From sequence record SRR31156797_4184: 44,532 nt of DNA; one strand, 5' to 3'. The notes under the pieces are model-generated. The model saw nothing but the letters and a program-made list of their open reading frames with translations. It was not told the DNA's origin and did no database searches. Below are positions 1-9,927 of this stretch, in pieces. The position numbers and the translations under genes were made by a program. Every line of letters starts with the position of its first letter. Position 1 is the first letter of the stretch.

Positions 1-3000
1 CATCCATTTCAGGCATCATGATATCCATCAGAACCAGGTTTACATCTGGTGTTTTTTCAAGTTTTTCGATGCCCTCTTTTCCGTTCCTGCCAACAGCCAC
101 ATCCATTCCTCTTTCTTCAAGCAGGCTCGACAGGGCAAAAACATTCCGCATATCATCATCCACAATCAGCACTTTTTTCTCTTTCATGATGTCTTCCTGG
201 CTGTGTACTACTTTTAGCATTTTCTGCTTTTCCTCGGGCAGGTTCGATTCAACCCTGTGGAGAAACAAGGTGGTTTCGGCAAGCAGGCGTTCAGGAGATT
301 TGGCCCCCTTGATGATGATGCTGTCAGAATATTCGCTGAGTTTTTCTTCGTCGTCACGCGAAAGTTCCTGACCTGTGTAAATAATCACCGGAATACCATC
401 GTTACTGCCTTTTTTACCGATCTTTTGCAGCAGTTCATACCCCGACATATCCTTCAATCCCAGGTCCAGGATGATACAATCGAAGTCATCTTTTTTCATT
501 TGTTCCAGGGCCTGCTTTCCGGTGGAGATGGATGTGATATTGATGTCGTCATCATCGATGAGTTCGACCATGGCTTTTCGCATATCATCGTCATCCTCAA
601 TAACCAGCAGCTTTTTAACCGGTTTGGAAATGTAATCTTCAATTTTGGCAAAAGCACCTTCAATTTCTTCAATGCTGATGGGTTTGGTCAGGAATCCGAT
701 AGCCCCTTTTTTCATGGCTTCGATGCTCTTATCCCGGCCCGACATAAAATGAACAGGGAGGTGCCGCGTTTCCGGATTTTCCTTCAACCGGTCCATCACC
801 TGCCAGCCATCAATTCCCGGCAGTCCGATATCCAGGATTATTGCGTCAGGTTTGTAATAGTCCGCATAATGGAGGCCTGTTTCGCCATTGGGGGCGATGA
901 GGCATTTAAAACCTTTTTCATGAGCCAGGTCGTAAAGGATCTGTGAAAAATCCGGGTCATCTTCAATGATCAGGATAAACTTATCGCCCTTGTTGATGAT
1001 TTTCCGGTCGTCTTTTACGCTTTCGGCCGGGCTTTTTGAGGGTGATCCATTTCCGTTTTTCGGGATGGGCCTCGACATCACTGATTTAGGTTTTTCCGTT
1101 GATACAGTTTTGTCTCCGGCAGGCTTTGATTCAATTTTTCGGGAAATCGCTGGTGGTGGTGTATTGCCGTCTTTCCCATCACGTTTTACCGGGAGGTAAA
1201 GCCTGAACATGGAGCCCTGGTTTTCTGCACTCTCCATTTCGATGTCGCCACCAAGTATATGGGCAAGGTTCCTTGATATTGTTAAGCCAAGGCCGGTGCC
1301 GCCATATTTTCGCGAAGTGGTTCCATCGGCCTGGGTAAATGCTTCAAAGATGGTTTTTTGCTGTTCGGCAGGAATGCCAATTCCGCTGTCTTTTACCTCG
1401 AATGCTACTGTGCTTTCAGGCCTGAGTCCTTTGTCAATCAACACTTTGGTGAGTTTATCAGGGCAATAAATACTGAGATTTACACTGCCCTCGTGCGTAA
1501 ATTTAATGGCATTTGAGAGCAGATTACGCAGGATTTGTTGAAGTCTGAGACTGTCAGTATGGATATAAACCGGTGATTCTGAAGCAATGGTAATGTTGAG
1601 ATCCAGTCCTTTTTCAACTGCGAGCGGGCTGAATATATCATTTACCTCATCGGTGAATGATTCCAGTTTGAGGCGTTCTTCATTGATTTCCAGCTTTCCG
1701 GATTCGATTTTTGAAAGGTCGAGTATTTCATTGATCAGCGAAAGCAGGCTTGATCCTGATGAATGAATTGTTTTTGCCGACTGGATTTGCTTGTCGTTGA
1801 GGTTGCCGGTTTTGTTATTCGACAAAATTTGCGAAAGCACCAGAATGCTGTTGAGCGGAGTGCGCAATTCGTGCGACATATTTGCCAGGAATTCCGATTT
1901 GTACCGGCTGGCCATTTCCAGGTCCTGGGCTTTTTTCTCGATCTCTTTTTGTGCGATTTTCAGTTCATCGTTTTTCTTGCGGATGTCGTCGCGCTGCTTT
2001 TCGATGGCTTTGGTGCGTTCTTCCAACTCTTCGTTGGTAACACGCAGTTCCTCCTGTTGGGTTTGCAGCTGTTGCTCCGATTCTTTGAGCGCCTTGGTTT
2101 GCTCTTCCAACTCTTCGTTGGCCTGGCGCAGTTCTTCTTGTTGAACCTGTAGCTCCTCGGCCTGCTGTTGTGTTTTTGAAAGCAGTTTTTTCAATTCAGT
2201 CCGGCCTTTGGAGGCATTCAGCCCAATGGCTACATTTTCGCTGATGAGCCTGATGAACTGAAGCTGTTCTTCGCTAAATTCATCAAAACTACCTATTTCA
2301 ATCACAGCGATCACTTCATCATTAAAAAGGCATGGAGAAACAAGCAGGTTCCTGGGAGGCGCTTCACCCAGCCCTGAGGCAATGGCCGTATAATCTTCCG
2401 GAACATCGGTAATAATAATGGTTTCCTTTTCCAACACCGCCTGCCCTACCAGTCCCTGACCGGGTTTGTAGCCGGTTTCAATGTTTTTGCGGCGTTTAAA
2501 TGCATAGCTGCCCACGAGTTTGTAGGCTTCGTCATCTTTGATGTAAATGGCACCTACCCGTGCTTCGATGAGATTGCAAAGCTGACTGATGATTTTTTGC
2601 CCCAGGTCGTTCACGTCCTGTTCCCCGCGCATGGCATCGTTTATTTCGGCCTGGCTGTTTTTTTGCCATAGCTGTCGTTGTTTTTCTTCTGTGGAGGCTT
2701 TCAGGTCGGTAGTCATTTTTATCAGGGCTTTCCCCAGTTCATCATGGTCGGAACGCATAGAAATATCGGTGTTGAGTTCACCACGGGCAATCCGGTTTGC
2801 CTGCTGAACTACCTCGCTGAAGTTTTCCACGATCTGGTTGATGGAATGTGCCAGTTCGTCGTCCTTGCTTTTGGGTTCGGTTTTGTGAGAGAAATCACCG
2901 TTGGCTATGGCTGAAGAAACATCTGATTTTTGTTTCAGGCTGCTTTGCAGTTCAACAAAAGAGGCGTTCAACATACCTATTTCATCCTTTGTACCCACAT

Positions 3001-3778
3001 AAATATCGGTGTTCAGGTTCCCGGTTGCCAGTTTTTTAAGGTTATCAACCACTTTCATTACAGGTTTTGCAATGGTCCCCGAAATCAATCGTGACGAAAT
3101 AAATGTAATGAAAGTAAGTAATGCAACAATGATCAGAATACTGATGAGAAGCAGGTTAATCACAAAGGAATTCAAGGTATCGATGGTTGAAGCAAACCGC
3201 ACCTCCATATCCGACATTTCTGCCTTGGCCTGCTCGAGTTGCTGAAATAGCCGTGCCTCCTCCGGGTTTTCCAGATAATTCTGAATGGCATTTTTTACCT
3301 TACGGCCATTGCGGAATGCCTCATCTGCTATGTCAAGGGCATCATTCATTTGCGGATTATCGATCATCATCATGAGTTCAAACCTGCTGGCAATTAGCTC
3401 GGAAGCCCCACGCTCGTATCCGATGGTAGGCCCATATGTTTCAAGGAGTATGTCCACATACTTTTCGTGGGTGTATTGCTGGTAATAATCTTTCGATTTA
3501 CTGAAAATGTATGCAATATGGGCTGCGGAATCAAGGTGGTGATAAGCCATCTCAAGGGTTTCTTCATCTTCGTTGTGCAGGTATTCATAAAACAATTGAA
3601 GCCCGGTCCTGTAGTTTACATCGTGTACCCTTTGTTCGGTAAGTACGAGCGTTAAAACCCGTGTGGTCCTGAAAAAGTAATAGGAAGCATATCCGATCAG
3701 CAAAATACTGATGATGGAAATGGTGGTCATGGTGTTGAGCCTGTGCTTGATTTTCAGGTTAAGAAACCATTTTTTCAT
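1..3778 (-). CDS. Membrane-bound hybrid sensor histidine kinase (TM-periplasmic-TM-HAMPs-GAF-coiled coil-HisKA-HATPase_c-REC-REC-REC), 3' end beyond left edge
   Basis: Manual minus-strand translation from ATG at 3778 (MKKWFLNLKIKHRLN...) stays in frame to position 2. H-box [17 protein letters not shown]-box LRNLLSNAIKFT, G boxes DSGIGI and YGGTGLGL. Three receivers: ILIIEDD...LDIGLP, LLVIEDD...LDLGLK, VLIVDDD...MDIMMP. Missing from the ORF track because no stop lies in the window. Confidence 0.93.
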   Translation of the reverse strand, partial: MKKWFLNLKIKHRLNTMTTISIISILLIGYASYYFFRTTRVLTLVLTEQRVHDVNYRTGLQLFYEYLHNEDEETLEMAYHHLDSAAHIAYIFSKSKDYYQQYTHEKYVDILLETYGPTIGYERGASELIASRFELMMMIDNPQMNDALDIADEAFRNGRKVKNAIQNYLENPEEARLFQQLEQAKAEMSDMEVRFASTIDTLNSFVINLLLISILIIVALLTFITFISSRLISGTIAKPVMKVVDNLKKLATGNLNTDIYVGTKDEIGMLNASFVELQSSLKQKSDVSSAIANGDFSHKTEPKSKDDELAHSINQIVENFSEVVQQANRIARGELNTDISMRSDHDELGKALIKMTTDLKASTEEKQRQLWQKNSQAEINDAMRGEQDVNDLGQKIISQLCNLIEARVGAIYIKDDEAYKLVGSYAFKRRKNIETGYKPGQGLVGQAVLEKETIIITDVPEDYTAIASGLGEAPPRNLLVSPCLFNDEVIAVIEIGSFDEFSEEQLQFIRLISENVAIGLNASKGRTELKKLLSKTQQQAEELQVQQEELRQANEELEEQTKALKESEQQLQTQQEELRVTNEELEERTKAIEKQRDDIRKKNDELKIAQKEIEKKAQDLEMASRYKSEFLANMSHELRTPLNSILVLSQILSNNKTGNLNDKQIQSAKTIHSSGSSLLSLINEILDLSKIESGKLEINEERLKLESFTDEVNDIFSPLAVEKGLDLNITIASESPVYIHTDSLRLQQILRNLLSNAIKFTHEGSVNLSIYCPDKLTKVLIDKGLRPESTVAFEVKDSGIGIPAEQQKTIFEAFTQADGTTSRKYGGTGLGLTISRNLAHILGGDIEMESAENQGSMFRLYLPVKRDGKDGNTPPPAISRKIESKPAGDKTVSTEKPKSVMSRPIPKNGNGSPSKSPAESVKDDRKIINKGDKFILIIEDDPDFSQILYDLAHEKGFKCLIAPNGETGLHYADYYKPDAIILDIGLPGIDGWQVMDRLKENPETRHLPVHFMSGRDKSIEAMKKGAIGFLTKPISIEEIEGAFAKIEDYISKPVKKLLVIEDDDDMRKAMVELIDDDDINITSISTGKQALEQMKKDDFDCIILDLGLKDMSGYELLQKIGKKGSNDGIPVIIYTGQELSRDDEEKLSEYSDSIIIKGAKSPERLLAETTLFLHRVESNLPEEKQKMLKVVHSQEDIMKEKKVLIVDDDMRNVFALSSLLEERGMDVAVGRNGKEGIEKLEKTPDVNLVLMDIMMPEMD

Positions 3779-3790
3779 AGTTTGGTATTG

Positions 3791-6223
3791 TTATGCGTTC
3801 TGATCCAGGTTAAGCTTTTTAATAGCATCGGTAACGCTTTGTATGCTAATTGGTTTGGTTACATATTCGTCCATGCCGGCATTGAGGCACTTCTCACGGT
3901 CGCCTTTCATGGCATGTGCAGTCATGGCAATGATGGGGATATGTTCTCCGGTGTTTTTCTCTTTGTCTCTGATGAGACCCGTAGCTTCAAATCCGTCCAT
4001 TTCGGGCATTTGCACGTCCATAAAAACCAGATCGAAAGTTCGGTCTTTGAGAATATCCACGGCTTTCTGACCATTATCCACAATGGTGATTTTACAACCC
4101 AGATTTTGTAGCAATCCGTAGGCCAGCTTCTGATTGATTAAGTTGTCTTCTGCCAGTAGAATATCGTAGCTCCTGCCCAGGGTACGGGATTTTTTCCGGC
4201 TGTAAACTTTTTTGGATTTGGTTTCTTTTCCACCGGCGGTTACCTGCTCGTTGAGCACTTTAATCAGGTCATCCCTGAAAACAGGTTTGATCATATAGCG
4301 GTTAATGCCGATATCTCCAAGCTTATTCCGTTGCAGGCTAACATCATCTGACGATAGCAGGATAATATCCGGTAGCGGAGTGATCCTGTTCTCCTTCTTC
4401 ATGAGTTGTGCCATCTCCAGACCATCCATCACCGGCATGTGGTAATCCAGTAAAATGATGTCGAACGGTTCCATGGTTTGCGATTGACGGACGATTTTCT
4501 CATAAGCCAGCTTGCCATTTTCAGCCAGTTGGTAATTGATTTTAAGGTTATCGAGTAATCCTGAAAGTATATTGCGATTGGTGTTATTGTCGTCAACAAT
4601 CAGGAAATGTTTTTCGCGAAGCTGTGGAAGAATTTCTGAGCTGCTTTGTGTTACTTCTTCTGATTTTTTGAGTTTTACGTGAAACGAAAAGACGCTTCCC
4701 TTCCCAAATGTGCTTTCCACTGAAACGGCCCCCCCCATCATCTCCACAAGGCTTTTGGAAATGGCAAGGCCAAGGCCGGTGCCACCAAAACGGCGCGATG
4801 TTGAGCTGTCGGCCTGGCTGAATGATTTGAAAAGGTTTTTGATCTTCTCTTCGGAAATCCCGATCCCGGTATCGGAAATGGCGAACCCAATCTCGTCTAC
4901 TTCTTTACCAGATTTCCTGGTTTTAATATCCAGTTTAACTTCTCCTTCCTCGGTAAATTTGATAGCATTGCCCAGGAGGTTGAACATGACCTGGCGTAGG
5001 CGTACCGGGTCGCCAAAATAGTGATCATGAACATTATGGTCGATGTCTAGGATGAGTTCCAGGTTTTTGGTGGCGGTTTTTGAGGCCAGCGGGCGAAGCA
5101 CTTTTTCGATTACACCACGCAGGCTAAAGGCTACCATATCGAGCTCAAGTTTGCGGGCTTCTATTTTCGAGAGGTCCAGAATATCATTGATTATGTCGAG
5201 CAGCGACTCACCCGAGTATTTTACCGCCTCAATGCGCTCTTTCTGTTCATCGTTGAGCTCCCCCATCAAAACCAGTTCGGTCATACCGATGATCCCGTTA
5301 AGCGGTGTTCTGATTTCGTGGCTCATGTTAGCCAGAAACTCACTTTTTGTCCGGCTGGCCTGCTCTGCCAGGTTTTTCGCGTGCCTTATTTCTTCTTCGG
5401 CCTGCTTACGCTCCGAAATATCACTGATAAAATTAAGGAGGGCTTTTTCGCCTTCCCAGTTAATATTCACCGAGTTGATTTCGATCCACCTGATTTCTTC
5501 ACTTCCCGAAATGACCTTTACGGCAGTTCTTTTGTCATGGATTTGATTGGTGAGTTTTTCGAAGTGTGTGGTTTTGAGCATCTGTTGGAACTCAGGATGC
5601 ACAAACTCCATAAATTTTTTATTGATCAGTTTCCCGTTTTCACCGCTTAGAATTTCGGCAGTTTTTGGATTGTTGAAAATGATCTTCCCGTTTTTCAGGA
5701 TGAAAATTCCTTCGTTGGCGTAGTGAAAAATATCCTTGTATTTTTCTTCGCTCAACTTCAATTGCTCCCGCGAATCAATCAGTTCTGAAATGGTGTTCTC
5801 CAGCTTGCGGGTAAGCTCCTCCAGGGTGTTGCGTTGCCGGTAAAGGTCGATGAAAACGTTAACTTTACTAAGCAGGATATCAGGTTCGAAGGGTTTGAAA
5901 ATATAATCCACAGCTCCGGCGTCATAACCCCGGAAAATGTGTTTCTTTTCCTTGTTTATGGCCGTTATAAAAATAATGGGGATATGCCTGGTTTTTTCTG
6001 ATCCACGCATCAACTCGGCAGTTTCGAAGCCATCCATGCCGGGCATTTGAACGTCCAGCAGTACCAGGGCGAAATCATAGTCAAACATCAGGCTCAGGGC
6101 TTCATTGCCCGATGTGGCCTTGGTCAGGTAAATATCGTCCGACTCAATAATACTTTCGATGGCCAATAGGTTTTCTTCCCTGTCGTCAACAGCTAGTATG
6201 TCTATTTTTTTCCTTTCGGCCAT
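3791..6223 (-). CDS. Soluble hybrid histidine kinase (REC-PAS-HisKA-HATPase_c-REC-REC)
   Basis: N-terminal ILAVDD...LLDVQMP receiver, PAS-like segment, [32 protein letters not shown], two C-terminal receivers; no TM segment. Confidence 0.95.
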   Translation of the reverse strand: MAERKKIDILAVDDREENLLAIESIIESDDIYLTKATSGNEALSLMFDYDFALVLLDVQMPGMDGFETAELMRGSEKTRHIPIIFITAINKEKKHIFRGYDAGAVDYIFKPFEPDILLSKVNVFIDLYRQRNTLEELTRKLENTISELIDSREQLKLSEEKYKDIFHYANEGIFILKNGKIIFNNPKTAEILSGENGKLINKKFMEFVHPEFQQMLKTTHFEKLTNQIHDKRTAVKVISGSEEIRWIEINSVNINWEGEKALLNFISDISERKQAEEEIRHAKNLAEQASRTKSEFLANMSHEIRTPLNGIIGMTELVLMGELNDEQKERIEAVKYSGESLLDIINDILDLSKIEARKLELDMVAFSLRGVIEKVLRPLASKTATKNLELILDIDHNVHDHYFGDPVRLRQVMFNLLGNAIKFTEEGEVKLDIKTRKSGKEVDEIGFAISDTGIGISEEKIKNLFKSFSQADSSTSRRFGGTGLGLAISKSLVEMMGGAVSVESTFGKGSVFSFHVKLKKSEEVTQSSSEILPQLREKHFLIVDDNNTNRNILSGLLDNLKINYQLAENGKLAYEKIVRQSQTMEPFDIILLDYHMPVMDGLEMAQLMKKENRITPLPDIILLSSDDVSLQRNKLGDIGINRYMIKPVFRDDLIKVLNEQVTAGGKETKSKKVYSRKKSRTLGRSYDILLAEDNLINQKLAYGLLQNLGCKITIVDNGQKAVDILKDRTFDLVFMDVQMPEMDGFEATGLIRDKEKNTGEHIPIIAMTAHAMKGDREKCLNAGMDEYVTKPISIQSVTDAIKKLNLDQNA

Positions 6224-6243
6224 TTTATTTTTAGTAATGTGAT

Positions 6244-6879
6244 TTAAGCTTCAACACGGGTTTTTGGTTTTTCACCCAATTTAAGTTGTATTCTTGAAGT
6301 TATGATGTCGATGGCTACCGTGTTGGCACCGCCCTGTGGAACGATGATATCTGCATAGCGTTTTGTGGGTTCGATAAATTGGAGGTGCATGGGTTTTACG
6401 AAACGCTCGTAGTGTTCCAATACGGCCTGGACGGATCTGCCCCGTTCAACAAGGTCACGTTTCACTATCCGCATCAGCCTGTCATCACTGTCGGCATCAA
6501 CAAATACCTTGATGTTGCATTTGTTGCGCAGCCGGGCATTGGTGAAAATAAGGATACCTTCAATAATGATGACGTTTGTCGGTTCGATGGGAACGGTTTC
6601 TTCGGCACGGGCACATGTAACATATGAATAGATAGGGCGGTTAATGGTTTTGCCGACTATTAGCTGATCCAGCTGTTTGTTTAACAGTTCAAATTCGATG
6701 GAGGCCGGATGGTCGAAATTGATTTTCTTTTTCTCTTCATCCGTTAAGTGGCCATTATCCTTGTAGTATGAATCCTGCGAAATTACAGTCACCGAATTTT
6801 TAGGCAACCCCTTGATAATTTTATTTACTACTGTGGTTTTTCCTGAACCTGATCCCCCGGCAATCCCAATTATGAGCAT
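6244..6879 (-). CDS. udk: Uridine kinase
   Basis: [17 protein letters not shown]-loop, [29 protein letters not shown]. Start placed at ATG 6879 because a TACTTTTG promoter element overlaps the longer TTG start. Confidence 0.95.
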   Translation of the reverse strand: MLIIGIAGGSGSGKTTVVNKIIKGLPKNSVTVISQDSYYKDNGHLTDEEKKKINFDHPASIEFELLNKQLDQLIVGKTINRPIYSYVTCARAEETVPIEPTNVIIIEGILIFTNARLRNKCNIKVFVDADSDDRLMRIVKRDLVERGRSVQAVLEHYERFVKPMHLQFIEPTKRYADIIVPQGGANTVAIDIITSRIQLKLGEKPKTRVEA

Positions 6880-6900
6880 AGCTGTGTTAATTTGTGTTAA

Positions 6901-6908
6901 CAAAAGTA
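6901..6908 (-). promoter_or_regulatory. Bacteroidota sigma-A -7 element for udk and the kinase genes
   Basis: caaaagta on + = TACTTTTG on -, matching TAnnTTTG, 21 nt upstream of the udk ATG. Confidence 0.6.
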
Positions 6909-6919
6909 ATCAAATCAAT

Positions 6920-6966
6920 AAAAAAATGCACTGCCTCACGATATTTTTGCCTTTGACAGTGCATTT
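6920..6966 (-). terminator. Probable intrinsic terminator after the OMP gene
   Basis: Stem aaatgcactg (6924-6933) / cagtgcattt (6957-6966), followed on - by a T run; the loop is long. Confidence 0.5.
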
Positions 6967-6994
6967 GTATGTTTTATTTATTTTTTACCGGGCC

Positions 6995-7582
6995 TTAATA
7001 TAGCCACACAACGCCCACATTAATCCCGAAATAGGATAGCGGATCGGTTTTGTCCGTTTCAGTACCATAGTTGTACCTGAAATTAACCGTGAAATTTGCT
7101 CCCCCGTAGGTTTCAATTAAAACTCCAAGTTCAGGAGCAACACCAAATTTCCATGGTTCTTCACTAATGCGATAAAGCCCGACATCCTTACGATACAAGG
7201 TGTAAATGGTACCCACATTCATTGCTGCGTAAGGCCTGACATAACTACCTTCATTAAAATAGTATGCAGCATTTACATAAAACGGGAAGGCGTTGATGTA
7301 GTTGAAGTGGGTTCCTGTAGCTGTAATGTTTTCCAGTTCAGTGGTAACTTTTTCCTGTTTTTCGTAGAAAACATTCCAGTGTACACCACCACCAATGGAT
7401 ACGTTGTTGTCAACAAAAGCACGGCCTTCAACACCAAATCCACGCCCGCTGAAATTACCGGTAAAATCCTTGGTTTCTGCCAGTGGTGCCGACATTTGAT
7501 AAGTTACCGACCAAAGCTGCTCCTGGCCAAAACTGTATGCTGCAAAAAGTAAAAATGCTATTGCTATAAATATCTTTTTCAT
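6995..7582 (-). CDS. Outer-membrane beta-barrel protein (small, OmpW/OmpA-barrel-like)
   Basis: Signal peptide, amphipathic beta strands, RPY motif, aromatic C-terminus GVVWLY. Confidence 0.75.
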   Translation of the reverse strand: MKKIFIAIAFLLFAAYSFGQEQLWSVTYQMSAPLAETKDFTGNFSGRGFGVEGRAFVDNNVSIGGGVHWNVFYEKQEKVTTELENITATGTHFNYINAFPFYVNAAYYFNEGSYVRPYAAMNVGTIYTLYRKDVGLYRISEEPWKFGVAPELGVLIETYGGANFTVNFRYNYGTETDKTDPLSYFGINVGVVWLY

Positions 7583-7612
7583 TGTCCTGATAATTTAGAA
7601 TGAATAATGGGA

Positions 7613-8314
7613 TTAATTGTTTTTGAGATAGGGTGACTGCTCGAAAGCCTTGTTGATGTTGTAGTCGAGCCTGCTTTGTGTTGTTGATGCGCTGCTGCCC
7701 AGTAAGCCATTAATATCACCAATCCAAACGGTTGGAATGGTATCAGTTTCCGGAGTTGCATCCATGACATCATGCATGTTCATGATTAAAGATCCAACGG
7801 TGTAGCTCGACACGTAAGTGCCACCCCAGTAAGGAGGGTAATATCCCCACCAACCGCCATAGTAGTCGGTGCCTTTGGTTTCATTGCCGTCCTTATAGTA
7901 CCATCCCCAGCCCCATCCCCAGTAATAGTAAGGGTAATACTGGTAAACAACATAGTTTTTTGAGGCCATAGCTGAAACTGTCAGGTAAAGGTCGGGAGGA
8001 TTGTTTTCAGGATCGGTTTCCCGTGTATAGCCATAATTGGACATATTGGTTGTTACCAGGTTAAGGATCATATCGTCAAAATCTCTACCCAATTCAACAT
8101 TGTTGTCCTCGTCAAGGGTATCTTTAATATGAACCACTGAATCATACATGTAGTACGTCTGGGCTTGGTTAAAATCAAACTGGTCGTCATAAGCTGTGGT
8201 TACCAGGTCGAGGTCGGAGTAGCTTACATCATCGCCGGGGTAACATGCACTAAAGAATGTGGCAACAAAAATTGCCGTAATTCCCAATAGTGAAATTAAT
8301 GTTCTCTTTTTCAT
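7613..8314 (-). CDS. DUF4136-like lipoprotein
   Basis: MKKRTL... lipobox FSAC; FDF..TYY start; Y/W/G-rich loop; YTVGSLIM; C-terminal INKAFEQSPYL. Start refined to ATG 8314. Confidence 0.75.
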   Translation of the reverse strand: MKKRTLISLLGITAIFVATFFSACYPGDDVSYSDLDLVTTAYDDQFDFNQAQTYYMYDSVVHIKDTLDEDNNVELGRDFDDMILNLVTTNMSNYGYTRETDPENNPPDLYLTVSAMASKNYVVYQYYPYYYWGWGWGWYYKDGNETKGTDYYGGWWGYYPPYWGGTYVSSYTVGSLIMNMHDVMDATPETDTIPTVWIGDINGLLGSSASTTQSRLDYNINKAFEQSPYLKNN

Positions 8315-8383
8315 TATTAAATTTATTATGTGTTTAAATAGATATAATCTCAAATATCAGATTTAGTTCATTTTATGATGCTG

Positions 8384-8391
8384 CAAAAATA
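8384..8391 (-). promoter_or_regulatory. -7 promoter element for the DUF4136-OMP operon
   Basis: caaaaata = TATTTTTG on -. Confidence 0.55.
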
Positions 8392-8426
8392 GACTGAATT
8401 TTTAACCAAGATTCATTCCTAATAGA

Positions 8427-8460
8427 TGAACATGAAAAAAGTTTATTGAACATGAAAAAA
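8427..8460. repeat. Perfect 14-bp direct repeat, 20-bp period (candidate operator)
   Basis: tgaacatgaaaaaa at 8427-8440 and 8447-8460. Confidence 0.8.
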
Positions 8461-8588
8461 CGTTCTCCTGAAAGCAGTGAAATTTTATGTATAAATTGTG
8501 TTTATTGTTGTATTTTGCAGTTTTCCTGGCATTCACAACACATATAAATTATTGATACACCTCAATTTAGCAGGAAGATTTTAATGCC

Positions 8589-8596
8589 TATCTTTG
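8589..8596 (+). promoter_or_regulatory. -7 promoter element for the DUF3124 gene
   Basis: TATCTTTG 22 nt upstream of ATG 8619. Confidence 0.55.
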
Positions 8597-8618
8597 AGAA
8601 CTACAAATATTAATCAAA

Positions 8619-9152
8619 ATGAAATCGCATTACACGCTACTTGTCATATTCATAATTCTGTTTGGTTGCAATTCAAAGCAAAATGATCAACAAACCACAT
8701 CCTACCAACCAGAAAAATATAAGGAAATCAGTCAGGATTTACTTACTGAGATGATGCTTGTTAAAGGCGAGGTGGTGTATGTACCGGTGTATTCCGAAAT
8801 ATTTCATACCGATGTAAAACGCAAGGTACAATTATCAGCTACCCTGAGCATCCGCAACACAAGCATTGATAGCGAAATTGTGGTGAGCACCGTTGATTAT
8901 TACGATACCCACGGCAACCTGATCAAGCACTACCTTGAAAGCCCGCTTCAGTTAAAACCCTTGCAAACCAAGATTTATGTGGTTGAATACAAGGAGAACA
9001 AAGGCGGCATAGGGGCTAATTTTATTGTGGAATGGGTTTCGGAGCAGGAAGTATCAGAGCCCGTCATTCAGGCTGTGATGATTGGTGGGTCTTCATCTCT
9101 GGGGATTTCATTTGTTTGTGATGGAAAAGTGATCCAATACACAAATGAGTAA
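8619..9152 (+). CDS. DUF3124-family lipoprotein
   Basis: Lipobox LFGC; VYVPVYSEI, LSATLSIRNT, DYYDTHG, GGIGANFIVEW, PVIQAVM, GISF motifs. Confidence 0.85.
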   Translation: MKSHYTLLVIFIILFGCNSKQNDQQTTSYQPEKYKEISQDLLTEMMLVKGEVVYVPVYSEIFHTDVKRKVQLSATLSIRNTSIDSEIVVSTVDYYDTHGNLIKHYLESPLQLKPLQTKIYVVEYKENKGGIGANFIVEWVSEQEVSEPVIQAVMIGGSSSLGISFVCDGKVIQYTNE

Positions 9153-9187
9153 TTACCCAACCTTCCATCATTCCAAAACTCCAAGTC

Positions 9188-9910
9188 TCAGTAAACCCGC
9201 TCCTTTTTCTCAGGTGATGACTTGTAATAGAAATCATCGTTTTTAAACAGCGCAAAATTCAATGAAATGTAAAACACGTTCGCATTCAGAAATTCATAGG
9301 GTTTTACCTGTGATCCGTCTGGTAGTGTTTCGGAGAAGTCCTGGTTGTGGAAATTGGTGAGGTAGTATTTAAACTTCAGGTTTCCGCCGTAAGGAAACTG
9401 AATACCTACCAGGAAAGTGTGATACATAGCTGGTACCCGGTTACTGAACCATACGTTGAATTTATCCGTTTTCTTTTCGTTTTCAAAGGTTTTTTCCTTG
9501 TAATTGAACGGGAATTCAATTTCATAACCACCATACAAAAACAATTTATCCATCCGCCCCAGCTTGATGCCAAAAGGAACCGCCACCATATAATTCCTGA
9601 ATTTTTTCTTCACCGTATTTTCAGTACCCGGGTACTGGTAATTGTCGTAGATGAAACCAACATTTCGGATGTTGATCCCTGAGAAGAAACCAACGCCCCT
9701 GTTCACATCATAATTCCCCAGCATCTGGAGGTTAAAAACAGGAGACCACCTGATGATGTTCCCGGTTTCTGATCCATTGTCGTCGATGGTGGCAAACGAA
9801 AATATCATCTCCCCGCCTGATGTGGTATAAAAACCACCATTGTTTTGCGCTGTTGCTGTCCCAGCTATCAGCATGACTGTGATAAAAAGCATGTAATATT
9901 TACTTTTCAT
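9188..9910 (-). CDS. Exported, probable outer-membrane beta-barrel protein
   Basis: Signal peptide ending ATA-Q; amphipathic aromatic-rich strands. Confidence 0.65.
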   Translation of the reverse strand: MKSKYYMLFITVMLIAGTATAQNNGGFYTTSGGEMIFSFATIDDNGSETGNIIRWSPVFNLQMLGNYDVNRGVGFFSGINIRNVGFIYDNYQYPGTENTVKKKFRNYMVAVPFGIKLGRMDKLFLYGGYEIEFPFNYKEKTFENEKKTDKFNVWFSNRVPAMYHTFLVGIQFPYGGNLKFKYYLTNFHNQDFSETLPDGSQVKPYEFLNANVFYISLNFALFKNDDFYYKSSPEKKERVY

Positions 9911-9927
9911 GATTGAAGTTTTAGGTG

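Noticed and set aside
2010-2170. Repeated QQEELRxxNEELEE coding segments
   Set aside because: Ordinary coiled-coil repeat of this kinase family.
18-3655. Many short plus-strand ORFs
   Set aside because: Antisense shadows of the large minus-strand hybrid kinase.
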